From: Candidatus Omnitrophota bacterium
Lineage (GTDB): Bacteria > Omnitrophota > Gorgyraeia > Zapsychrales > Fredricksoniimonadaceae
Length of the DNA stretch: 64,000 bases
Direction of reading: 5' to 3'
NCBI GenBank assembly: GCA_903860135.1
Contig: CAIOPG010000006.1
Location: 100,275-164,274 of the forward strand
The translations under genes were made by a program, and so were the position numbers. Each line of letters begins with the position of its first letter. The first letter of the stretch is position 1. The notes under the pieces were generated by a model. That model saw only the letters and a list, made by a program, of their open reading frames with translations, had not been told where the DNA came from and made no database searches. Positions 18,895 to 27,784 of this stretch are shown piece after piece.

Positions 18895-20589
18895 ATGTCA
18901 AATCGAGAGAATAAGATGGGTATAGCTGTGATTGAAACAGATGTCTTGATTGTTGGAGGTGGTACCGCGGGGCTTGCGTTTGCCATTCATTATGCGGACA
19001 TGGTGCGTCAATACAATGAAGATCCTGCCAATACGGCAAAATTGCCAGGCCGCGTGATGCTGATTGAAAAGGGCGGGGCGATCGGGCATCATTCCCTTTC
19101 CGGTGCGGTTATCAACCCTGCGGTTTTTGCAGAACTTTTACCGGATGTTGATCCTAAAGACTATCCGTTTGAATCTCCGGTTATTCAGGATGACACCATG
19201 TTTTTCACAAAGCATGGAGCCTTTAAACTTCCATTTGCTCCACCGTATATGTCTAATAAAGGTAATCATGTTGTCATGTTGGGCAAGCTGGTGCGCTGGC
19301 TTGCCGAGATCGCCGAGAAGAAAGGTGTGCAGATATTCAGCGGGTTCAGCGGCCATGAATTGATCCTCGACAACGGAAAACTGGCGGGTATCCGTACAGG
19401 GGCCTCGGGGCTTGATCATAACGGCAAGCCGATGGTTAATTATCAACCGCCGACGGATGTCCGTGCTAGGATCGTTATTTTGGCCGAGGGATCGCGCGGG
19501 AATTTGACCCGGGATTTGGTCAAGGCGTTCGACCTGGCCAAAGGACGTAACCCTCAAGTGTATTCACTGGGTGTCAAGGAATTATGGGAGATCCCCGAGG
19601 GCGTCTTTAAAAAGGGGCAGGTGGTTCATTCGTTGGGGTATCCTTTCGGGATGGATCAGTTCGGCGGCGGCTTTATCTACGGATTAAGCAAAACGCTGGT
19701 GGCGGTGGGGATGGTGGCTGGTCTTGATATCGCAGATCCGGCTTTCGACACACAGCGTGCCTTACAAATATACAAGGATCATCCTTTTGTCAGCAAGGTC
19801 ATCAAGAACGGAAAAATGTTGCGTTACGGCGCCAAGACGATCCCCGAGGGCGGTCTTTTTGCCCTGCCCCAGTTGTATCATGACAATGTTATGATCGTTG
19901 GCGACGCGGCGGGGTTTCTGGCCATGCCAAGCCTTAAAGGCGTGCATGCGAGCATGCGTTCAGGGATGCTGGCGGCTCAAACGGCCTATGAGGCTTTCAA
20001 GAAAAACGACACATCCAGCGCCGGCTTGTCACGTTACGCGAAGCTTTTTAAAGAAAGTCCTGTTTATAAGGAACTTTATCCTGTCCGCAATTTTCGGCAG
20101 GCTTTTACGGGTAATATAGTGTCGGGAGCATTCCAATTTGGAACCCAGATATTCACCGGCGGGCGCGGGTTGTCATGGGGCGGGCGACTGGCGATGGCCG
20201 AGGATCGCGCGCATTGCCGGCCGTTATGTTGTGCGGGAGCGGGTGTCCCCCGCGAAGCCGCATCGTGTGCCGGGTCGTCCGGGATCGACAAAGAAACGGC
20301 TGTCTTTTTTTCCGGCACCAAGCACGACGAGGAACAGCCATCGCATATCAAAGTTCAAAGTGATGCCGTCTGTGATGAATGCATCAAGAAATACGGCGGC
20401 CCTTGCCAGCATTTTTGTCCGGCGCAGGTTTTTGAGATCAGTGCTGATCCGCATACAGGCAAGAAAAGCTTAAAACTGCATCCGTCCAACTGTGTTCACT
20501 GCAAAACGTGTGATATTAAGGATCCTTATTCTAATGTGATCTGGGCAACACCTTATGGCGGTGACGGCCCTGAATATGAAAATATGTGA
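18895..20589 (+). CDS. electron-transfer flavoprotein:quinone oxidoreductase (ETF-QO / FixCX-like) with C-terminal 4Fe-4S domain
   Basis: FAD-binding VLIVGGGTAGL; C-terminus ...CQHFCPAQVFEIS...CVHCKTCDIKDP...YGGDGPEY is collinear with ETF-QO. Confidence 0.8.
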   Translation: MSNRENKMGIAVIETDVLIVGGGTAGLAFAIHYADMVRQYNEDPANTAKLPGRVMLIEKGGAIGHHSLSGAVINPAVFAELLPDVDPKDYPFESPVIQDDTMFFTKHGAFKLPFAPPYMSNKGNHVVMLGKLVRWLAEIAEKKGVQIFSGFSGHELILDNGKLAGIRTGASGLDHNGKPMVNYQPPTDVRARIVILAEGSRGNLTRDLVKAFDLAKGRNPQVYSLGVKELWEIPEGVFKKGQVVHSLGYPFGMDQFGGGFIYGLSKTLVAVGMVAGLDIADPAFDTQRALQIYKDHPFVSKVIKNGKMLRYGAKTIPEGGLFALPQLYHDNVMIVGDAAGFLAMPSLKGVHASMRSGMLAAQTAYEAFKKNDTSSAGLSRYAKLFKESPVYKELYPVRNFRQAFTGNIVSGAFQFGTQIFTGGRGLSWGGRLAMAEDRAHCRPLCCAGAGVPREAASCAGSSGIDKETAVFFSGTKHDEEQPSHIKVQSDAVCDECIKKYGGPCQHFCPAQVFEISADPHTGKKSLKLHPSNCVHCKTCDIKDPYSNVIWATPYGGDGPEYENM

Positions 20590-20595
20590 GGTGAT

Positions 20596-22533
20596 ATGGG
20601 CTTAAAAGTTATCAGTTTGATGAAACAGGTTCCTTTATTCTCCCAGATGCGCATGGGCGAGGACGGGTTGATGGATCGCACCAAGGCAAAGTCCATGATC
20701 AACACGGATTGCTGTTTTGGGCTTGAGCAGGGGCTTCAGATCAAGAAGCATGTCCCCGATGCGGAGCTGATCGTTGTTTCCATGGGGCCGCCGAGCTTTG
20801 ACCAGTCGTTGCGGCAGACGATTTCTTTGGGTTATGATCGCGCGGTTCTGCTTTCTGACCGCCGGTTGGGAGGCTCTGATACGTTTTCAACGGGGCTGGC
20901 TATTGCAACATTATTGCGGAGCAAGATATTGCCCGCGGACCCCAGGGAGCCTTATATTATTTTTGCCGGGCGGCAGACCAGCGACGGAGATACCGCGCAC
21001 GTCCCTTCGCAGGTCGCCGAGAATCTGGGGATACCTCAGGTGACTTTTGCGGTTAATGTTGAGTATGGTCCGCTGTACCTTATTGTCAAACGCATGATCG
21101 AAGGCGGGCATCAGACGCTCAAGGTGCCTTTGCCGTGTGTGATTTCTGTGGCACCGACGGCGGTACATGTCCGCCGCCCATCGCTGTCCGGCGCGATCAA
21201 GGCACGCCAGATCAGCATTGAGTCCTACAATCTTGACCATATCGGCCTTGATCCTGCGGTGGTCGGGTTGAACGGTTCGCCGACCAGTGTGGCCAAGGTT
21301 GTGAATATCACGCGCGATCGCCCCCCGGTCAGCATGATCGGCGGAAATAATTGTACCGAAGTTACAGGCAACCTGGTCAAGACCTTTGATATTGCCGCTA
21401 CGTTGCATAAGCCTGCCGTTGCGGATACGCCGGCAGGGGCAGAGGCACCTAAACAGGACAGATTTCCGCGCAAGGATTTTCGCCAGGGAGCCAGTGGCAT
21501 TTTTACATGGGCTGAGGTCGTTGGCCGTGAACTGTCATTATCTTCGGTTGAGATCCTCAATCCTGCCCGTAAACTGGCGAATGAATTGAAGACCACCGTG
21601 ACCGCGGTTTTGATCGGGCATAATGTTAAAGCCCTGGCACCTCGCTTGATCGCCCATGGTGCCGATGAGGTTATCGTGGTCGAGGACCCCCGTTTAAAAG
21701 AATATTCCATCCTTCCCTTTACCAGTGTTATCGAGCAGATCGTTAAAGAACGCCGTCCGGAGATAAGCCTTTTCGGGGCGACGACGTCAGGACGTGAACT
21801 GGCCCCGCGCTTGGGCAGCCGCCTGGGTTCGGGTGTTACGGCGGATTGTACCATCCTCAAGGTGGGAGAGTTTGTTCAACCCTCATCGAAGACCATCTGG
21901 TCGCCTTGCCTTGAAGCGATCCGTCCGACGTATGGAGAAAGCAAGCTCGCCACGATCGTCGGTTTTCGCTGCCCGCAAATGGCCACGGCGCGGCCGGGAA
22001 CTTTTGAAGCCTTACAACCGGATCAACGACGTGAAGGCAAGATCACAGCTTTTATCCCGGTGCTTGATGATAAATTGTTTGTGGTGGAGATATTAAGCAC
22101 GGAACGCAAGGAAGCCGGTGACGACGGGTTGTTTTCGGCCAGTGTGATCGTTGCCGGAGGGCGTCCGTGTGGAGAAATGGATGATTTCAAACTCATCAAG
22201 GAGCTTGTGCAGGCGTTTGAAGAAAAAGGCATAAGCGCGGCTTGGGGAGCGACCCGCCAGGCGGTTGACCATGGGTATGCCCCGTACAGCCGTCAGATCG
22301 GTCAGACGGGAAAAACCGTGCGCCCCAAGGTTTATATTGCTGTTGCTGTTTCGGGTGCTATCCAGCATGTCAGCGGCATGAAGGAGTCCGGCAGGATCGT
22401 GGCGATCAATCAGGACAGGCATGCGCATATTTTCGATTGTTCGGATTATGGAGTCGTCGGCGGATATTTGGAGACATTGCCACTGCTTATCGCCAAGATC
22501 CGTGAAGGGTTCACCTTTGGATTAAAGTCTTGA
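20596..22533 (+). CDS. fused electron-transfer flavoprotein beta–alpha subunits (EtfB–EtfA / FixAB in one 645-aa polypeptide)
   Basis: The N-terminal ~260 aa match EtfB (MGLKVISLMKQVP...DTFSTGLAIA); the C-terminal half matches EtfA, including the FAD-binding AVSGAIQHVSGMKESGRIVAINQD. Confidence 0.8.
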   Translation: MGLKVISLMKQVPLFSQMRMGEDGLMDRTKAKSMINTDCCFGLEQGLQIKKHVPDAELIVVSMGPPSFDQSLRQTISLGYDRAVLLSDRRLGGSDTFSTGLAIATLLRSKILPADPREPYIIFAGRQTSDGDTAHVPSQVAENLGIPQVTFAVNVEYGPLYLIVKRMIEGGHQTLKVPLPCVISVAPTAVHVRRPSLSGAIKARQISIESYNLDHIGLDPAVVGLNGSPTSVAKVVNITRDRPPVSMIGGNNCTEVTGNLVKTFDIAATLHKPAVADTPAGAEAPKQDRFPRKDFRQGASGIFTWAEVVGRELSLSSVEILNPARKLANELKTTVTAVLIGHNVKALAPRLIAHGADEVIVVEDPRLKEYSILPFTSVIEQIVKERRPEISLFGATTSGRELAPRLGSRLGSGVTADCTILKVGEFVQPSSKTIWSPCLEAIRPTYGESKLATIVGFRCPQMATARPGTFEALQPDQRREGKITAFIPVLDDKLFVVEILSTERKEAGDDGLFSASVIVAGGRPCGEMDDFKLIKELVQAFEEKGISAAWGATRQAVDHGYAPYSRQIGQTGKTVRPKVYIAVAVSGAIQHVSGMKESGRIVAINQDRHAHIFDCSDYGVVGGYLETLPLLIAKIREGFTFGLKS

Positions 22534-22546
22534 AGGTATCAAAAGC

Positions 22547-22852
22547 ATGACATTGAATGGTAATAAAACTACCGAAAGAAGAAGATTTACGCGTATCGCA
22601 CAAGAAGATGTGTTTGTATGTGAGATATTTGATATGCGTGGGCTGGAAATTGGAGCAAAGAATTTCGGGCATATGATCACGAAGAATTTATCGCAGGAGG
22701 GCTTGCTTTTTGAGTCAGTTGAAGCGCTGGCGATGGGGACCATCCTTAAGCTTCAGGTGGACCTTCCCGGGCTGGAGAAATATAAACACAATTGCAGTCA
22801 GCTACTTCGGCTACCAAGGAACAGACTCTGGCCATGTTCCAGAACAATTTGA
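22547..22852 (+). CDS. PilZ-domain (c-di-GMP-binding) protein, putative
   Basis: An RxxxR-type motif (ERRRFTR) followed by N-L-S-Q-E-G (a D/NxSxxG-like motif) about 35 aa later. Confidence 0.45.
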   Translation: MTLNGNKTTERRRFTRIAQEDVFVCEIFDMRGLEIGAKNFGHMITKNLSQEGLLFESVEALAMGTILKLQVDLPGLEKYKHNCSQLLRLPRNRLWPCSRTI

Positions 22853-23044
22853 TAACCTAGTCCAATGTAGCGGCTTCGATCCAGCTGGCGGCATCTGCCG
22901 AGGATGTGTTCGTACAGGCCGAAACATTACGGGATATGGCCGCGCTGTTCAAGACACTTGACGCGGATGCGAAGACCCCGACGATCGTTCTAAAAAACAG
23001 TACGGAACGATGAACACGTCAAGATAGGTCAAAGAGGTATTATA

Positions 23045-23620
23045 ATGCCAAAAGATTTGGATAAACAAGTTTTAAGTACCATGGCGATGGAAGTGGTTAA
23101 AGATACTTTTAAAAAGATGCTCCAGGTTGAATTTAGTGCACCGCCTGTTGCCGTTGAGAAAAATATCATTGAGTATAAAAGCCGGATGCGCGTTTCCCCC
23201 ATGGAAAAGTTTAACGCGCCGGCGTATGTTTCTTACGTGAACTTTTATCTTTCGCAAAAAGATCTCCAGGCAGAGATCGCCGTAGGTACGTTTATCTTGT
23301 GCGTCAAAGATGATGTTGTCGAGAAGCTGTCCAAAGCCTTCAAACTTTCATCCAAAGACGCGGAGAATGAAAACCTTCAAATGGATAATGTCGCTGAATT
23401 CTGCAATATTCTTGCCGGTAATGTGTCGAATGAATTGACAAAGCTCGGATACGCCAATCTTTTCATGTCAGCTCCCTATAAGGGAATGAATGCCATTCCT
23501 GAAGGGGTTCCATTTGATTATGCGCTTTACTCCAAACAGGAAATATCTTTCTTTTTTTGGAATGAAAAGTGCATTGTCGTGGAATTATGTATTGGGCGTG
23601 TCCCTTTTAGACAGGCGTAA
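23045..23620 (+). CDS. CheX/CheC-family CheY-P phosphatase-like protein
   Basis: Contains the exact motif E-x2-N-x22-P (EFCNILAGNVSNELTKLGYANLFMSAP) preceded by D (DNVA). Confidence 0.55.
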   Translation: MPKDLDKQVLSTMAMEVVKDTFKKMLQVEFSAPPVAVEKNIIEYKSRMRVSPMEKFNAPAYVSYVNFYLSQKDLQAEIAVGTFILCVKDDVVEKLSKAFKLSSKDAENENLQMDNVAEFCNILAGNVSNELTKLGYANLFMSAPYKGMNAIPEGVPFDYALYSKQEISFFFWNEKCIVVELCIGRVPFRQA

Positions 23621-23643
23621 TTTTTAATGGAAAAGATGACACG

Positions 23644-24033
23644 ATGAAGAAAATACTTATTGTGGATGATTCCACTGTTCAAAGAAAAATGATCATCCAG
23701 ATCATCCGCAAATCTGGATTTGAGAACGAGATACTTGAAGCTGGAGATGGTCTCGAAGCCATTGGTGTTTGAGGAGAACATTTTGAAGATATTGGCATTG
23801 TATTGTGTGACTGGAATATGCCTAATATGAATGGCCTTGAGTTCGTGGAGGGCATAGCTCAAGTACCGGCGGTTGCGGCAGTCCCGGTGGTGATGGTGAC
23901 GACCGAAGGGACGGCAGATATGATCGCTCAGGCAAAGGCGGCGAATCCGAATTTGCAGGGGTATGTCGTTAAGCCTTTTACAGCAGAGCAGTTAAAGGCA
24001 GCGATCGAACCTATTTTGCGGCGCGCGGGATAG
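23644..24033 (+). pseudogene. CheY-like receiver interrupted by a single in-frame TGA at 23770–23772
   Basis: MKKILIVDDSTVQRKM...EAGDGLEAIGV-TGA-GEHFEDIGIVLCDWNMPNMNGLEF...KPF reads as one frame. The phospho-acceptor Asp lies after the stop. Confidence 0.6.
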
Positions 24034-24047
24034 TTCTTTGATGGGTA

Positions 24048-24350
24048 ATGGTAAAACTCAGGGATCATGCCTTGAGTTTTGTTGAATTGGCCAAGGTGAT
24101 CAACGTAAAACCCAATGCGGTCCTGCATGAAGGTGGCAAGAGGATCGTTATCATAACTGATGGTCATGTCCGTCTGGGTATTCTGGTTGATGCGTTGATA
24201 GGGAAAGAAGAGATCGTGATCAAATCATTTACGTGCCACTTCTCCAAGGTGAATGGGATATCAGGGGCATCGATCCTTGCCGATGGAGATATCGCGCTGA
24301 TCCTAGACCCGTCGGTTATTATCCGGGAATCAAGACCGGGGACACTTTAA
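24048..24350 (+). CDS. CheW-domain fragment (C-terminal ~2/3 of a CheW fold)
   Basis: ...GILVDALIGKEEIV...GASILADGDIALILDPSVII matches the C-terminal CheW consensus. A stop codon lies 3 codons upstream, so the N-terminal part of the domain is absent. Confidence 0.5.
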   Translation: MVKLRDHALSFVELAKVINVKPNAVLHEGGKRIVIITDGHVRLGILVDALIGKEEIVIKSFTCHFSKVNGISGASILADGDIALILDPSVIIRESRPGTL

Positions 24351-24354
24351 GGCG

Positions 24355-25041
24355 TTACTCGGCGCCCACGAGCACTGAGCCGTTGAACTGCCGGTATTCT
24401 TTCCATATCCTTTGCGATGAGATCGCATAACTTTTATGAGTGTCGCTCTTTTTTTGTCCCATGATGAGGCCGAGCAGGCTGCCTTGGGCGCTGAGGACCG
24501 GCCCGCCGCTGTCGCCAGGATGGAGGTTGAGGTCAAGTTCAAGGAATTCTGTTTCTGACGCAGCCCCGTTGATCAACCGGACAATGCTCCCTTCGATCAC
24601 GCCCTGATCGTACGGCAACGCGATGACACGGTCGCCTGGTTTTGTTTCGGAGAAATTGGCCCTGGCAATGGCACGTAATGGCAAGGGTTGAGGTATCTTT
24701 AGAAAACAGAAATCCAGCGTTCCATTATAAAGCACACGGGCTTCGACTGTCTTGCCATCGGACATGGTCACAAGGATGTGCCTAGCACCGGCGATCACGT
24801 GGTTGTTGGTGACAATGATCCCCGAAGAATCGACGATAATGCCATTGCCCCGGTGTTCCTGCCCGAAGGCGCGCAAGATATTGCTGTCAACACCAGAGAA
24901 ATTCATGTTAAACGCTTTGATGGTGACAAGCGACAGTTTCAAATTTTGTTGTGACTGGAAAAGAGGGCTTTCCTGCCCTTCGGTGCCTTGAGGGCAAAGT
25001 AGGCAGCCAAGAAATACCAATAGATAACATAGAGATCGCAT
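24355..25041 (-). CDS. secreted trypsin-like serine protease (S1 family, no PDZ)
   Basis: Signal peptide and the catalytic triad contexts TNNHV, DFCFLKI and GDSGGPV. Confidence 0.8.
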   Translation of the reverse strand: MRSLCYLLVFLGCLLCPQGTEGQESPLFQSQQNLKLSLVTIKAFNMNFSGVDSNILRAFGQEHRGNGIIVDSSGIIVTNNHVIAGARHILVTMSDGKTVEARVLYNGTLDFCFLKIPQPLPLRAIARANFSETKPGDRVIALPYDQGVIEGSIVRLINGAASETEFLELDLNLHPGDSGGPVLSAQGSLLGLIMGQKKSDTHKSYAISSQRIWKEYRQFNGSVLVGAE

Positions 25042-25191
25042 AGGCTCATTGTATAGTAAAAAGACATTAAATAATGCAACCTTTTGTAAAGAAAAGATCA
25101 GAAATTTGATTGGAGCAATAAGATCATTATGTTATTATTAAACATTGTTTTCAGCATTCTCCGAAGAAACGTTCATGCGGGTTATTGAACA

Positions 25192-26694
25192 ATGAAAAGT
25201 GACGGCAAGAAAATAATTACGGGATACTTCTATAATCCATTATCTTTCATCGGGGCGATATTGGCCGTCCTCGTGTTGATGGCGGAGTTCGTGCTTTTTG
25301 GCATTGATTTTTACGGGCATTATTCCAATCTTTATCTTGGGTTGGGGACCTATCTTGTATTGCCGCCCTTTCTTATCCTCGGGATATTGATGATATTCCT
25401 TGGTTTCCTGCTTGAACGCCGTAAGGCGCGAATGGGTGTTGCGGGCGATCAAAAGGGGCGTTTTATTTTTGATTTCTCTCAACCGCAGACCCGCAATACG
25501 GGCATTATCATCGTCGTTGCTGCCGTTATTTTTATGATCATGACAGCGATCGGTACGTATAAAGCTTTTCATTACACGGAATCGGTCGCTTTCTGCGGCC
25601 TTCTTTGCCATGAAGTGATGAAACCTGAATATGTGGCCTATCAAAATTCGCCGCATGCCCGGGTCAAGTGCGTGGATTGTCATATCGGAGCCGGAGCCGG
25701 ATGGTATGTGCGTTCGAAGATATCGGGGGCTCGACAGGTGGTAAAGACGTTATTGAACAGCTATGAAAGGCCGATCCCTGTGCCGGTACACAATTTGCGC
25801 CCGGCCAAAGAAACATGCGAAGAATGCCACTGGCCCGGGAAATCGTTTGGCAACATTGAACAGGACCGGCAGTATTATTCAACAGGCAGCGACGGACAGC
25901 CTGCGCATTGGACATTACGCATGTTGATGCATGTGAGTGCCAAAGAGGGGAACAGCCAGGGTATCCACGCGCACATGTCGGCCAATAACAAGGTCTCTTA
26001 TGTTGCCAGTGACGAGAAGCGTCAGGTTATCACATGGATCAGGAGTGTGAATGATGCCGGCGTGGCGACTGTTTATACGACCAAGGATTCACCTTACAAG
26101 AATGCCGAACCGCCGCAAGGCAAGATCCGTCAGATGGATTGCATGGATTGCCACACACGGCCGTCCCATCACTATGAGGCTCCTATGCCGTTGGTGAATC
26201 GTGCTATAGCCGAAGGCAGGATCGATCCTGCGATCCCGCTGATCAAGGATAAGGCTGTGGCCGCTCTTGCCAGGAAATACTCAACGGAAGATGAAGCTGT
26301 TGCCGCGATCAGGACTTCATTGCTGGCATATTATAAGGAAAAACAGGCACCCTTTTATACAGCGCATGAAAAGAATATTCAGGGCAGTGTTGATGCCGTG
26401 GTTGATCTTTTCAAGCACAACATGTTCCCTGAGATGAAGGTTAGATGGGATGTTTATCCTGATAATATTGGTCACATGATATCTCCTGGCTGTTTCCGTT
26501 GCCATGATGGTGAGCATCAGTCTAATGCCGGCAAGGTGGTCACCCGTGATTGCCGTGTGTGTCATGCGATCATCGCGCAAGGACCGGCAGATAATGTGGA
26601 AAAAAGTGTGGATGGTCTTCCGTTCCGCCATCCCTTTGATGGTGACGAGTCCTGGAAAGAAATGAACTGCGCGGACTGCCACAGCGGTTCGTAA
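25192..26694 (+). CDS. membrane-anchored multihaem cytochrome c (about 7 haem-binding motifs)
   Basis: Three N-terminal TM helices, then six CxxCH motifs (CVDCH, CEECH, CMDCH, CFRCH, CRVCH, CADCH) and one CxxxCH (CGLLCH). Confidence 0.8.
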   Translation: MKSDGKKIITGYFYNPLSFIGAILAVLVLMAEFVLFGIDFYGHYSNLYLGLGTYLVLPPFLILGILMIFLGFLLERRKARMGVAGDQKGRFIFDFSQPQTRNTGIIIVVAAVIFMIMTAIGTYKAFHYTESVAFCGLLCHEVMKPEYVAYQNSPHARVKCVDCHIGAGAGWYVRSKISGARQVVKTLLNSYERPIPVPVHNLRPAKETCEECHWPGKSFGNIEQDRQYYSTGSDGQPAHWTLRMLMHVSAKEGNSQGIHAHMSANNKVSYVASDEKRQVITWIRSVNDAGVATVYTTKDSPYKNAEPPQGKIRQMDCMDCHTRPSHHYEAPMPLVNRAIAEGRIDPAIPLIKDKAVAALARKYSTEDEAVAAIRTSLLAYYKEKQAPFYTAHEKNIQGSVDAVVDLFKHNMFPEMKVRWDVYPDNIGHMISPGCFRCHDGEHQSNAGKVVTRDCRVCHAIIAQGPADNVEKSVDGLPFRHPFDGDESWKEMNCADCHSGS

Positions 26695-26716
26695 TGCTAT
26701 GTCACGGAGACACTGA

Positions 26717-27784
26717 ATGCCCCTAGTGCTCATCGGAGTCAACCACAAGACCTGCCCGCTCGAGATCAGGGAAAAATTCTTCCTTCAGCCGACGGAAAAA
26801 GAGCTCCTGCTGGCTGAATTCAAGAACGATCCGCGTGTCCTGGCCGCCATCATCCTGTCGACATGCAACCGCACCGAGATCTACGCTGACCTCCTTGACC
26901 TTGACGCGTCCATTATCCTCAAGCTTGTCCTTACCTTTAAAGGCCTCGCGCAGTCACCGGATCTGGAGCATTTCCTTTACGTGCGTCATGAAAAGGATGT
27001 CGTTGCCCATTTCTTCAGTGTTGTTGCCGGGCTTGATTCCATGATCCTCGGCGAGAAACAAATTTTAGGCCAGGTGAAGACGGCCGTGAGTTTGTCGCAA
27101 GAGCGGCAAATCCTCAACCGCACCCTGAATATCCTTTCCAATTTTGCGATTGAGACCGGCAAGAAAGTGCGCCGGGATACGCTGATCGACTGCGGCGGGT
27201 CATCTGTGTCCTGGGCGGCTGTAGCAAAGGCGCAGGAGATCCTCGGGTCACTCGAAGATAAGACAGTGCTGGTCCTGGGATCCGGGAAAATGGGGTCTTT
27301 GGCGATCCAGCAGTTGAAGAATAAAGGCGTAAAAAAGATCTTTGTGATGAACCGGACGCATGAAAAAGCGGAAACCCTCGCGGATGAATGCGGGGCGCAA
27401 GCCGTGCCTTTCTGGCAGATCCGGGATATCCTTGAGCAGTCCGATGTGTGCATTTGTTCCACCGGAGCACCCCATTATTTGGTGGACAAGGATTTGATCG
27501 AACAGGTGATGGCCGCGCGTCCCGCCAGGAGGCTTGCCGCCATCGACATCGCGGTGCCGCGCAATATTGATCCTCTGGTGGCTGAGGTCGCAGGCGTGAA
27601 ACTGGTTGCTGTGGATGACCTTGCGCAGACGGTGCAGGACAGTATGAACAAGCGCCATACGGCGGTTGAACAGGCAGAGAAAATCATTAATCTTAAGATG
27701 CATGAATTTTACAGGGCCCTTGACAAGGCGGCGATGTATGAATTGATGAAGGAATCTGGTGTATCGAAAGGGGCGTGTGCCTGA
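26717..27784 (+). CDS. hemA: glutamyl-tRNA reductase
   Basis: N-terminus LVLIGVNHKTCPLEIREKF and ...TCNRTEIY, with the NADP-binding GSGKMG. Confidence 0.9.
   Translation: MPLVLIGVNHKTCPLEIREKFFLQPTEKELLLAEFKNDPRVLAAIILSTCNRTEIYADLLDLDASIILKLVLTFKGLAQSPDLEHFLYVRHEKDVVAHFFSVVAGLDSMILGEKQILGQVKTAVSLSQERQILNRTLNILSNFAIETGKKVRRDTLIDCGGSSVSWAAVAKAQEILGSLEDKTVLVLGSGKMGSLAIQQLKNKGVKKIFVMNRTHEKAETLADECGAQAVPFWQIRDILEQSDVCICSTGAPHYLVDKDLIEQVMAARPARRLAAIDIAVPRNIDPLVAEVAGVKLVAVDDLAQTVQDSMNKRHTAVEQAEKIINLKMHEFYRALDKAAMYELMKESGVSKGACA

Noticed and set aside
20150-20460. A cluster of overlapping short ORFs in all frames inside the ETF-QO gene, suggesting a frameshift or an inserted element.
   Set aside because: It is a local GC-rich patch. 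The ETF-QO reading frame is continuous and collinear with full-length ETF-QO through this region.
23770-23772. The possibility that TGA is a sense codon in this organism (an alternative genetic code).
   Set aside because: TGA terminates many confidently identified genes here at conserved C-termini, for example fabH at 885–887, the histidine kinase at 6901–6903 and nuoH at 59415–59417.
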